This document shows, one piece after another, positions 13,618-25,240 of a stretch of 64,000 nt of DNA. The DNA is taken from the NCBI GenBank assembly GCA_965113315.1, contig OZ220365.1; one strand, 5' to 3'. Each line of letters opens with the position of its first letter. Within the stretch, counting starts at the first letter, position 1. The DNA comes from Podarcis vaucheri (lineage: Eukaryota). Made by a program: the position numbers and the translations under genes. The notes beneath the pieces are model-generated. The model made no database searches. It was not told the origin of the DNA and worked only from the letters and a program-made list of their open reading frames with translations.

Positions 13618-16033
13618 TATATAATATTATATATTAATATATCCAATATATTACATTATATATTACCATAATGAGACTGTTGGGTATTTGGATGTACTGT
13701 TTATTACTGATCCAACAGTTTAGGAGGGAAATAGTTTCTATTAATATAAATAAATCCAAACAGCAATGCTATTAAGGGCAACTAACGAGAAAATCAATGG
13801 GATTAACATCTTTATCTTAAACTCACCTGAAATGAAGGTCCATAAAAAAAATCAATGTGACTTCTATGTTGCTTTCATGGTTGAGAAAACAATCCAAATA
13901 CTTTGGTTAAGCCAAGATAACCGCAAGTGCATCACAGTTGAGGTAAGATCACATTTTTTTCTGTACAACTTTCACCCACTTTCTTATTGCTTTTGTGTGA
14001 TTGATATGAAAGGACAGAATTAATGCAGAGCTCTCAAGCATTATTGTTTTTGTCTCACTGTATATTTGTACTATATTTCATAATAATTTGGTCTTTAAAC
14101 TTAAATGTTATTAATATATCATGTGGATCTCAATGGCTTTCATGCTCTGATAATGGAGGTTGCAGCCTCTCCCTCTGTGTCCTATGACTCTGGTGATATT
14201 TTGCTTACCCTATCTTAGCAAAATAAAAGGTACCACTTAGGATGAAAAAAGGGACACTTTTGTGCAAGATTTTAACATTGGATTTAAGGTTGGATGCATT
14301 TGACCAGTCCAGTTTCCTCTTTGTTCCATCGGTGATACATTCCATTTTTGGTTTTTTTCTGTATGTACAGATAATTTCTCCTATGAGGTTTGCTTGGCTG
14401 CATCATTGAATGCATCCAGGTCCATTATTTCATGCAATAAAAATGAGCTTCCCTTTCACCAAAGTGCCCAGAGGAGGAAATAATCCTCCTCTGGATTGCA
14501 TACCTTCTACCCCCTCTCATCAGTTCAAAGAAAGGACATGGGATGGGATGAGCTTTTAATGATTTATGTGTTGGCATATCTCTCTGTAGCAACTCCCCAG
14601 AAACATTGAACTTCAACAGGCCATGACCAATTTGTTCCGTGTTCCTGGAAGCATGTCTGCAAACAGGAGGAGGAAGCTAAGGATACCTTGATGTAACTGA
14701 TTATTGTTTTCTGCTGGGTGTTGAGCACAAAAACCATTGGTGCCGAACTCGCATGTCAATTTCACTTTTGCAAGCTTCACACACCATAGCAGGATTATTT
14801 TGCTCCTTGTCTATACTGTAATGAGGTCATCTAAAAGTCCAGATCTAAGAATGTATCAAATTTCTTTCTGTAGAGACTTGTTCACATGTTACCTTTTTAA
14901 GGCATGCATCTAAAGCTAGATATAGATGAAGTGCTTTTTCATGTGTTTACCCCTAAGTAAACAACTGCATCTTGTTTCCACATTAATTTCCATTTTTAAA
15001 AATAAAACAATCCACACAAAAACAACTAAACAACACTTCACATTCAAATATGTATTTTCTCTCAAAGTATGCATTTTTTAAAAAAAGTACTGTAATAAAG
15101 TTTATTTGAGGTTAGAACTGCATTTGATATTAAGTGAAAACTCTGATGGGTAATGAAGTTGTGATCTGCATATCAGGCAGGACTTGTCCAGGCAGCAGAG
15201 CCACATCAACAGCCACCCAGTAGCAGATTCACTGCCACATCCCCAGAGCCGTAGCTCTGCGCCCCTGGCAGAACTGTCCAGATTGTGCCCCCTATCTTAA
15301 GGACAAATTAGCTCTTCTTTCCACCTCCCCTCCATCCCTCCCCCCATTCAATTCACCCTCTATTAAAAACCTTTTCTTATGAGGAAATAATCAATATTTT
15401 TATTTATGGACATATTTTTTAGCTGATTTTGCACGCCCCCTCGCCTGCACCTCTGGCGGGGGCCCACCTCACCACCCCCTAGCTACAGAGGGGAAGAGGG
15501 AGGAGCAAGACAGCATCAAAGCTGGGACTATGTGGACCTAGCAGGAAAGCTAATCATGTCTTCTACTGGTAAATTTCTGCATCCCACCCTCACAACCACC
15601 TTGCCGCTCCTCCCCAGCACAGAGAGGCTATTGTTGTTACTCTGCCTCCCAACCCCCAACAAGCCTCTCCTGCTGAACATCAGTTCAGGAGTTAGTGAAT
15701 ATGCTAGTTCACAATAGAATTCAGAAAGTTCAAAGACCACACTCCACAGAATACCATAGGAACATGACTAGAAGATGGATATTTTCTGTGGTTGCTCCTA
15801 CACCAACATCACCCACCTTCAAAGGTGAGCAGATACACCTCTTAGGGATTTTTGAAATATTAGGTGGCTTTGAAAGGCTTTTAATCAAATCAATAAACAA
15901 AACTTAAAACAGCCTAATTCAATTCAAAAAACTGTTTACATCAAAGAAGTATCACTAGTTGAATGTTTTAAGTTATTATCTCTCTCTCTATAAACTTGGA
16001 AGGGACTATGATTTCTACACTTTGAATGAGTTA

Positions 16034-16263
16034 CAGTGCTACCTTGGGTTACAGACGCTTCAGGTTATGCAATTTTGGGTTGCACACTGCACCAAACCTG
16101 GAAGTACCGGAACGGGTTACTTCCAGGTTTCGGTGCTCGCGCATGCACAGAAGCACCAAATTGTGACCCGCGCGTGCGCAGACGCGATGCTGCGGGTTGC
16201 AAACACTGTGGGTTGCGAACGTGCCTCCCACGCGGATCACATTCGCAGCTCGAGGTTCCACTA
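16034..16263. mobile_element. Tigger-like MITE
   Basis: TA-CAGTGCTACCTTG ... CGAGGTTCCACTA-TA. Confidence 0.75.
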
Positions 16264-16807
16264 TAATTGACTGTCAACTACAGGTGTATTACAACTGGTA
16301 TTTGTCTGCAGTCCCACGAATGCTTACCCCAAATGGAGTGCCATTGACATCAGTGGCATCAGGTGCCACATTTGCGCGGACAGGCAGAGTCCCCAGATCC
16401 CGCGCAGTCCCCCCCCATCATGTGAAATAACGACTCATGACAACTTGCTATGGGATTAAATTGGCCACAACTTTATTAAATTTCAGATGTGGGTAGACCT
16501 TGGCTCAGGCATTGGGCGTTCTCCCTCCCCAGTCCCCAGCCGGGGACCTAGGGAGCATCAGGGTCATCCAGTGTGTGTGTGGGGGGGATGGACCGGCTCT
16601 GGAGAACATATGTTCAAGCAGAGATGGCCACCCCCGTTGCGCCGCCGCCGCAGGGGAGAGCAATGACGACCTTTCGGCGTACGGTCAAAGCCTCCCTTCA
16701 GAAACCCCTTTAACGGGGAACCCTGGTATCGCCACCTCAAAGAGGAAGATGGACTAAAGGATTCCGCCCAAGGCCTGATACCGCCAAAGTTGTGACGTTT
16801 TGCTACG

Positions 16808-16846
16808 GGAAAGGCGAAACCTGCCAATGCAGGGAAATTCCTTTCC
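16808..16846 (-). ncRNA. ENE-like U-rich internal-loop RNA hairpin (copy A)
   Basis: Minus strand GGAAAGG-AAUUUC-CCUGC-AUUG-GCAGG-UUUCG-CCUUUCC: 7-bp stem, U-rich loop on both strands, 5-bp stem. Confidence 0.6.
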
Positions 16847-16885
16847 GGCCCTTTAACAGCGACCTTAACGTAGCAGCGCCCGCAT

Positions 16886-16939
16886 ACCTGTGAAGAAAAG
16901 TTAACCTGCAAAACCTGTGAAGAAAAGTTAACCTGCAAA
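16886..16939. repeat. 27-bp tandem duplication inside copy A
   Basis: ACCTGTGAAGAAAAGTTAACCTGCAAA x2, exact. Confidence 0.95.
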
Positions 16940-18239
16940 TAAGACATTAACTGAGGGTGGGTAGGGTGGGAGAAGCTCTGGAGCCAAGTGAGGATTCCCA
17001 GGTAAGATCCTCCCTCTATTGTGTGGGCAGGTAATCCCTCCCCTACCTGGCCTGGTCTCCTTGGCAACGCTTCCCCCAGGTGGGATTGGACAACTGACTG
17101 GGGTAGGCGGAGACCTCCAGGTATCCCACCTGCGTCCACGCAAAGGGTGCCCCCCGTTTTAAGCGTGGAGCGGTCATTCTCTCCCAGTTTTCCCCTGACA
17201 AATAATATGTCTCTTTGTCAACGATGGCCCACAGAAGCACTTCAAAAATATTAATTGGTGGGGTGAGCACAAACATGGAAGAGTTAATTACTACACTGGA
17301 GTGAAGTGATTGTCCTTAGGGGAAGATGACCTGTCAAGCGATAAAACTCACAAACAGCGCCTCATGAATATAAACACGGTTCACAGCTGACAGGATTATT
17401 TCAATGAGAGACCTCCAGGTCAAAGTGGCAGAAGTGAAAGTTCCTCACCCCTCACCTCTACGCATCATCAGCTAAAAGTGTTAGGGGATCTTGGGAATCG
17501 AGTGGCAAGATTTTTGGCCCAACGCATATGAGTCAGCACCTATGTGACAGCCATATGCAGTCTCCAATCATTAAATGGGCTATTTCCCCCCCTCTCTCCA
17601 TATGAAGCAGTCTTTGTCAGTTTGACAAGTGACTTTGTACAGGGTCAGTAAGCAAAGCTTGTACTTGAGGGCCTCCTCTCCCTCCTCCCCACCTTCTTGC
17701 CAGCATTTGGCTGAATTTAAAAACAGAAGCACAACCATGCCATCCTTATGCCTTTCTAAACAGCTTTAAGAAGGCATTTATTCTTCCCCAAAACCACCGT
17801 GTTCAGGGCTGCATGAAAACATGCTATTCGTGATTTTATTAAATGCTATTTATTTTCCACACAACAGCAGGTAGACTACTCCCAGCAATGGTTTAAAAGT
17901 ACCTCCAAGACTGTTGAGAGAGTGGGTGGTGGGGTGACAGTCTTTTACACGGGTATTGCTCTTGACAGGAAGTTTTATCTGAAGAAAATGAAGCAATTTT
18001 GATTCCTATATCAAATTACCCTTTATCAATCATTTAATACCAGACTTCTAATGTGCAGAACTATTTATAAAAAGGGCAAACAAGACAGATTCTCAGGGCT
18101 TCCTGCAGTAGACCAACATATGAATTCTTACATGCTTTGAGAATTGGAATGCCCTTGGCCCAATGCATGAAATGCATATTCAGTTAGCAGGGGTATATAA
18201 ATGGGCTCTACTTCAAAAGCTTTGGCTCTTCCCTAAAGG

Positions 18240-18400
18240 GAAGATACTCCAGTCTCATCAGTTTGGTCAAACCTTTCAGCACCTTTGCCAGCTCTACAAT
18301 ATTCTTTACGAGATGGTGCACCCAGAACTGTACACATTACTCCAAGTGTGGTATGTCAATAGATTTGTAGAAAACATTGTAACGCTGGCATTTTAATTTT
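18240..18400 (-). mobile_element. Old CR1 ORF2 fragment
   Basis: CCCAGAACTGTACACATTACTCCAAGTGTGG corresponds to a degenerate PHLEYCVQFW motif on the minus strand. Confidence 0.55.
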
Positions 18401-18508
18401 TGATCCCTTTCCCATCAAGATAATCCCTAGCATTGCACTTTTCTGTTACAGATGATGTACACTGGCTTCATGTAGTGATACATTGTGATCTTTTTGTTTG
18501 TTCTTTAT

Positions 18509-19295
18509 TTGCGTGTTCAGACACAGAAACCTCCCCCTAAATAAATTCATACTTGTCTCAAAATTTGGTTTTGGTTTTTGGCAGAATTTAGGCCACAACT
18601 TTATTGATTACAGAAAGTGAATGGTTGCATAGGCTCTGGTTTGACTAGCTGCCTGCCATGCAGATAACACTGACCCAGGGTTCCAGCATAGGTCAGCCAA
18701 GGGTGAACATCTGGATAAGTGGAAAGCTGGGAACAGGCTATCTCCGCCACCCAAATGTCCCCCTGGACTCAGGCACAGGCACAACCCCCTCTCAGGGGTT
18801 GACCAAACCAAGTTGAGTCCCTGGATTCCTTTAATGGAATACCCTTCACATAGGGATGGCGAGAGCGTTCTCCCATCCCTATCACCTGAACCAGTACCTA
18901 TCCGCAACCTTACAAGTTGTGATGATTTGCTACGCAGCAGGTGAAACCCAAATGGCAACAGCCAATCTGCCAAGTGGGAAAATTCCTGCCGTGTCCCTGT
19001 CCCAATGACAGACGACGGCATAGCAAGGTCAAACGCATAAGCCCTAAAAATAGGGAGGGGTGGGCGGGTGTTCCAAATGCATGCACCAAAAGAAGAAGCT
19101 CTGGGTCACGTGCATGGGCATAAATAGGTCCCTCAATCCCTTTGGACTCTGCCCCATTGGCCCAATTGAACCCAGCATTGAGGGACCTCCAATCGGGTGT
19201 TGTGGCTGACCAATCAAACCCACCCACAACACAGGGTGTCAGTTTCCAGGTCTCACTGCAATATGTGCCCTCTTTAAAGGAGGACCCAATTTCCA
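18509..19295 (-). mobile_element. Non-coding retroelement terminal segment, copy B
   Basis: Same motif blocks as copy A; AATAAA at 18600-18605 (minus); CCAAT boxes and TATTTAT in the 5' part. Confidence 0.7.
18935..18991 (-). ncRNA. ENE-like U-rich internal-loop hairpin (copy B)
   Basis: CGGCAGG-AAUUUU-CCCA-cu-UGGCA-loop-UGCCA-uu-UGGG-UUUCA-CCUGCUG; stem sequences differ from copy A but still pair. Confidence 0.6.
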
Positions 19296-19298
19296 AAA

Positions 19299-20090
19299 CA
19301 GTGGTTCCTTGGTTCTCAAATTTAATCTGTTCCGGAAGTCTGTTCCAAAACCAAAGCGTTCCAAAACCAAGGTGCACTTTCCCAAAGAAAGTAAATGGAT
19401 TACTGTAAAATGGATTAATCCGTTCCAGACTTTTAAAAGCAACCCCTGAAACAGAAATTTAACATGAATTTTACTAACAAGACCATTGATCCATAAAACG
19501 AAAGCAATAATCAACGTTCTGTGCTATAAATTAAATAAGACAATATTGTAGATGATAAAAATTAAAATTAACTTTTTTTCTTACCTGCACTGATGATAAT
19601 CATTGTTTGGATGGGGGCTTTTATCCATTTCTGTGGTCACACAATCAATCAATCAATCAATCAATCATAAAACGAAAAACAAGCCATAGTCACAAAAATG
19701 AAAAAGCCACACAAACAAAAGCGCAGAAAATAGCAAAAACAAAAGCACTAAATATCACCTCAGAACACTGCAATCAGAAATGGAAGGCTTTAATTAAGGG
19801 GGGGGGACTTAAATTAGCTGTGAAAGGGTAAAAACTGGAGGAAAAAATCCTTAATTATGAAAGGGGGGACTTAAATGAGCTGCACAGGGGTAAAAACAGA
19901 AGGAAGGAAGCCTTAATTACAATTGGGGGGGGGACCTCAAATGAGCTGTGCAACAGTGAAAACGGAAGCTCAGGAGCACTTTCGGCTTCCAAGGCAAAGT
20001 TTGATAACCGGAACACCTACTTCCGGTTTAGCAGCGTTTGAGTTCTGAGTTGTTCGGGAACTAAGCTGTTTGAAAACCATGGTACCACTG
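19299..20090. mobile_element. Long Tigger-like non-autonomous DNA transposon with three internal ~60-bp repeats
   Basis: CAGTGGTTCCTTGG ... CCATGGTACCACTG-TA TIRs; TTAATTA..GGGGGGAC..AAAT(T/G)AGCTG x3 at about 19790-19970. Confidence 0.8.
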
Positions 20091-21681
20091 TATTTATAGA
20101 CTGCTTTTCACCACAGATGGTCACAAAGCCATTTAGAGAAGAATCAGTAAAGCATTTAGAACAATCTATTAGTCACTGCTAGTTCTGTCCCCATCAGTGT
20201 GTATGCAAAGGTATCTATCTACAGTGGACATCCTTTGTACTGTTCAGATCGCAAGATATTAAGAAGGATACTATAGAGCTAGAAAAGGCGCAGAGGAATA
20301 ATTCCTTACTTTCATCTTTAAATTAACGTTGAGAGAGAGAGAGAGCGCAAAGCCTATTTTTCCTTTCAGACTTTGGAAATTTTGACCGTTCTTTCCTCAT
20401 AACAGCATCTTAGTACAATAAAATAGGCTGACTACATAGCATATCATCCTGAAAGAAAATAAAATGCAATGCTAAACAATAGTTGGCATTATGACACCTG
20501 AAATATAGATTTCCTTAAACTTGTTTGGACTTCAGTGAACTAGAAAATAAGAAAAAGTGGAGAAAACAACTCATTCTAAGCATACTGAACTCAAGTAAAG
20601 GATGTAATTAAGTCACTTTAAAATGTGTTTAAGCATGATACTCAGCTAAACAAGAACAACTAATCAAACTCTGAAATGCAGGTTTGAGGCAAATTAGTGA
20701 TCAGCCACCATAGAGAATGTTGCTTGTTTCTTTTCGCAGGGTGTGCTCAGAATGCTAAAATTCAATCTGCACTATTACCTTTAAAACTCGGTTTAAAATA
20801 ATATTATTATAAGTTTTGGTTTTCTGCCCTAAATAATTATATTTAGCTCTCGTCACCGCTAATGATGGATCATGACCAGAGTGTTCATCTATCTAGCATA
20901 TCAACATTACAATGATCTTGAGCCATGGTAATTTCAATTAGCAGAACTCTGCTCAGGAGACACTCCCACTGACAGAGGACACTCCGCTCACAGAAAAGTT
21001 CCATAAGGACATCATTGATGGGCAAAACAGAAAGCAAGGGGCCAGATGAGTTACCTTCAATAGTAAGAGGTGGGACCTACAAGGCTCCCAGGCGATGCTG
21101 GGTTGAAGCAGTGACTCTTACTGGGAATACAGAGCCATACTTGGCAGAGCAGAATTGAGATACTCTATGCAGCATGGTAACAGTCAAGGCACAGAACCCT
21201 GGCTGGAACTTGCCCAAGGATGGCGGTGGTATCAGCAGCATAACATGTTATTGTCTTCTGAGGGCTGGCAGATCTGTATTTGCTGTTAACCTCATCCTCT
21301 CTGAGGAGCTGTTTCTTAAAGAGCTACTGCCTCATTCTGCAGTCACAGGATAAAGCCATGTTCTCTGTCCAGGAGGAACATGGTGGTTCCCCAGGAAATG
21401 TCTCCTCTTTGTGTCTTCCTCTGAGCCAGAATGGGAATGAAGCCACAAAAATAATACCTCCACAAAGGTCAATCTGTATTGCAGAGATGTAGCATGCAAA
21501 TTAAAAAATAATAATAATGGTGTGGTGGTGTTCAGCTATGCTTTCCTCAAAGTAGCCCCACTGAAATTAAAGGACCTTACTTAGTCATGTTCATTAATCT
21601 GAATTATTCTAGTCTGAGGAAAACTTAGTTGAGAACGATGCAGAATACTTCCAGTGGTGTAGACAGAATGAACGATGAACT

Positions 21682-21799
21682 GTCTTGTGGCACCTTAGAG
21701 GCTAACACATTTATTATGGCAGATGTGTTCTAGACTGTAGTCCACACAAAAGCATATTCCACAATGTATTTGTTTTGTCTTTATAGCTCTACAAGACTC
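21682..21799. mobile_element. Penelope-like element palindromic remnant
   Basis: GTCTTGTGGCACCTTAGAGGCTAACACATTTATT...TGTCTTTATAGCTCTACAAGAC imperfect palindrome, resembling reptile PLE terminal repeats. Confidence 0.55.
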
Positions 21800-24700
21800 T
21801 CTGCTGTTTTGCCCACATCAGAGGAACACAGCTTATATTCTTTGGCTCCAGTTACTATACATTGTAATTTTGTTTGGGGCCAGACTTCTTTGCTTTACTG
21901 CTGGTTTTATTAGGGTGAGATAATGTTGATTGTTTGCATTTAATATTTTATGATGGCAGCCACCTTGAGTGAGTCTTTACTCTTAAAAGTAGCCTATAAA
22001 TGTCGTAAAATCAAATCAAATAAATGCCCCTCTAGAAATGGTCACGGACAGAACGGGCAGCGCTCAATTACATCTTTCCGCTTGACAAGCAGGAATTTTG
22101 ATCCAACAGAGGCTTCTGTGAATGGAAAGAGGGGAGGCAATGTTTACTGATTCCCCCTTCTCTCTACAGATTATGTATTCTGTCTTTTTATATTGTTGAT
22201 TTTATCCTGCGAACTGCCCTGAGACCTGTGGGTATAGGGCGGTATATAAATTTAATAAATAATACAGTTTCCCCAAGCTTATACAGTGATGGAGGGCAGC
22301 CAGGTTCATTTGCCCCAGGCCTTGGAAGGCTAAGCTGGCCAGGAGCCCCTGCGAGAACCAGCTACATTTTTGTTTGAGTTTATGACGTTATTCTAACAAG
22401 ACATCTGTCACAGGCCTTTCCTACACAGACCTGGTCCCTCTGTACCCCCACAAAATCTGCTCCAGAAGGTTAGGGGACCCCATTGGAACAGGATGTTGGG
22501 GGAGCACAGGGAGCTTCAGGAGAAAGCAAAACACTGCAAATATCACCTTTCTACTTCTGGTAGTCTCCATTGGATTATTTAGCCTTTCGTCAGTGGAGGG
22601 GCACCAATTGGATTGAAGTTTCTTCAGTAATAAACAGATGGTTACAAATCAGTCACAGCGTCCGTGACTATGTACCGTGTGCTCACTAAAACGTGCACGC
22701 CACATTGGGTTTGTTTGTAAGCCTCAGCACTAATGCAAATATTTGGATTTCAATATTGTTGGTATTCTGCTATTATTTCCTTTCATACGGAGCATCTTTT
22801 TTCTCTGTGCAGTTGTTTCCGCAGCACTGCTATTTAAGGATTATGGTACCTTGTAAGAGGCCAAAGCATAAGTTAAAGATGCCTTTGGGCAAGCATAATG
22901 CACACATGAAAGAACTAGTTTATCACCCTTCTTTGTCAGCAAGCAACAGCACACTGAAAATGCTGAGCAACAACAAGAAAAAGCCTACTTTTTGTTTCCT
23001 CTCTTTGATTTGGAAATATTCCTTCCCACAATGCAGTGGGAACTCAAGGGCATATTACTCAGTTTAACATACCAACATCTATTAGGAATATGTGTCAAAA
23101 TCTATCTATATGTAACCAGATGAAATCTGCAGAGGAGGTTTGCCGGATGATACCAGAAATCTTTTCCTGTATGGCCAGAATAAGATTGCCTCAAATTGTA
23201 ACTCTTGGTGCTAGAAAAGGCTAGTTAGTTCAGACTGCTGTGAATACCAGCCATGTTGGTATGTCAACAATTTTTCTTCGTGAATTGCGTTATTTCTGAA
23301 GCACCCAAAGCTGACCTTTTGGAATATGTTTGTCACAATTCTTATCATTATTCTAAATGGAGCTGCTTCCGAAACTAATTATTTGGCTTAAAAAAAGAGT
23401 CTAAACCTAAGAACAGATGCTGCTTTCATTTCATTCTTTCCTATTGTGCCTGTGAGAAAGAGCAGTTATGAAGATGCATAACATGGCTTTCATTTTCTGG
23501 ATGATTAAGTCCGCCAGAGGCCACCAGACAAAACATTTCATAACATCCTTTATTCCTGCATGTATATGAGTTTGTTGGAAATGTGGAAAAGCAAAAGTGT
23601 TCCATTTGTAATATTTAAGTTTTTTTCTGTTTGCTTGCAATAGAATTACTATGCTGGTATTACTACTACTCCTTCTTCTTCCTTTTCTTTCATGTATATC
23701 TGAGATCAGGCTGCTGGCTTTGTTCTCTTCTTCCAGTATGTTGACAGGATGCTCACTCCATATGTAACTTGGGTGCAAGCTATCCGCTGTTGCCTTAGCC
23801 CTCATGCAATCCCATCCTAGCCATGTTTTATCAACAGTAAATCCCCCTGAGTTATTGGGGAATTATAAATTAACATACAAACAAAGCCTTACTAAGAACT
23901 AGGACTGTCATTTCAAGGAAGTTGGCAGCAACAATAATCCCTTTGACATTAATTGTATTTTAAAGCCATGACAATGTGTAAGAGGAGGAGTCAGCTTTTC
24001 CTGTGGAAATGGAAGGAAGTTATGAGCAGGGCTTTTATGACACAGCTTCCATGTCCTGGTCATGTAGGATGAGAGCATCTAATAAAGGAGGCATTGGGCT
24101 GGCCAATGGTGATATACACCACATCACAAAAAATATGCCTCATTCTGTGCTCAAGAAGTGCAGGACACCTTGCCTTGCGGCAGTGGAGTCTATAGATTGC
24201 AGCAAAATACTGGGCAAGCTTTTGCCCAGTATCTTGCCCATGTGATAGAATCATGGGGGGAAAGCAGCTAACTTGTGAGAAAACTTTGCACAGTGCTTTG
24301 TGTACAGCAATATAAGAATCTGGAAAGACCCTAGCTATTAGTTGTGGAATCCATAGCGTTTACAGCCTAAATGTACATCATCCCCATAAAGTTTAGAGAA
24401 CTTGTACTTAGTAGCCAAAATGGCAATTAGACAGGTTTCGGGTCTTTGTGTGGAGTGCATGACAGAGGCATTGCTGATGGACCTAATTATCACTGATTTT
24501 GGAACAAAATTGAATGAGGATCATTAGCTGTAAGAACCACTTACATAGATGTGGATCCTTTGAGTGCGGAATAAAAGCAGACAGAAGAATATGTCAGCAT
24601 TTAAAAAAGTGTTTTCCACCCTGAAATAGTCATAAGTGCACTTTAGGAGATTAACTAAGAAAAAATATATTGGTTTAAGGGTCACAATAGGGTGAAGTGT

Positions 24701-25022
24701 ATTCAAGTTGGTTCTGCTTAGGATGGAACTCACCAGTGATGATAAGACTGAGAATAGTCATCATTCAGGACTAGAAAAAAATGAAGCAGATGATAATTTG
24801 AACAGATGCATCAAAGAAAGGGATCACTGCCCATGAATTGAACACTTGCACCAGCAGTCTTTCTGATATACAGGATAATATAGCAACATAGCACAATATC
24901 AAAATAATCAAAGTTTAAAAAAGCAAAATAGATCAACATAATTTAATTAAAAGAACTGGAAAATCAAAAAGGTCTTCAGCTGTCACTGAAAAGACATCAG
25001 AGTAGGCACCTTGTCAGAAAGG

Positions 25023-25240
25023 TAAAATAATAATAATAACAACAACAACAACAACAACAACAACAATAAATTTATACCCCACCCATCTGGCTGGGTTTCC
25101 CCAGCCACTCTGGGAAACTCCCAACAGAATATTAAAAACACGATAAAACATCAAACATTAAAAACTTCCCTAAAAAGGGATGTCTTCTAAAAGTCAGGTA
25201 GTTTATTTCCTTGACATCTGATAGGAGGCTGTTCCACAGT
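25023..25240 (-). mobile_element. L2 3' end with (AAT)/(AAC) tail
   Basis: CCCATCTGGCTGGGTTTCCCCAGCCACTCTGGG is the reverse complement of the 9101 copy's 3' UTR. Confidence 0.85.

Larger units (their letters stand above)
16372..17200 (-). mobile_element. Non-coding retroelement terminal segment, copy A (possibly DIRS/Ngaro-type; class uncertain)
   Basis: CpG-rich and young. Shares AGGAATTT..TTTCGCCT..CGTAGCAA..TCACAACTT and AATAAAGTTGTG blocks and a ..C(G/A)CAA 3' end with copies B and C; no TSD found. Confidence 0.7.

Noticed and set aside
16790-16807. MALAT1-like genomic A-tract plus mascRNA after the ENE-like hairpin
   Set aside because: Only GCAAAA/GCAAA/GCAA follows, with no tRNA-like cloverleaf; a downstream AATAAA fits poly(A)-tail capture better
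16564-17139. 191-aa ORF in copy A (and ORFs 18608..19021 and 18910..19377 in copy B)
   Set aside because: No shared peptide between homologous copies; GC-rich structured sequence explains the open frames
21682-21799. Hammerhead ribozyme in the Penelope-like remnant
   Set aside because: Only a stem-like GACTGTAGTC remains; the CTGATGA core is absent and GAAA is degenerate
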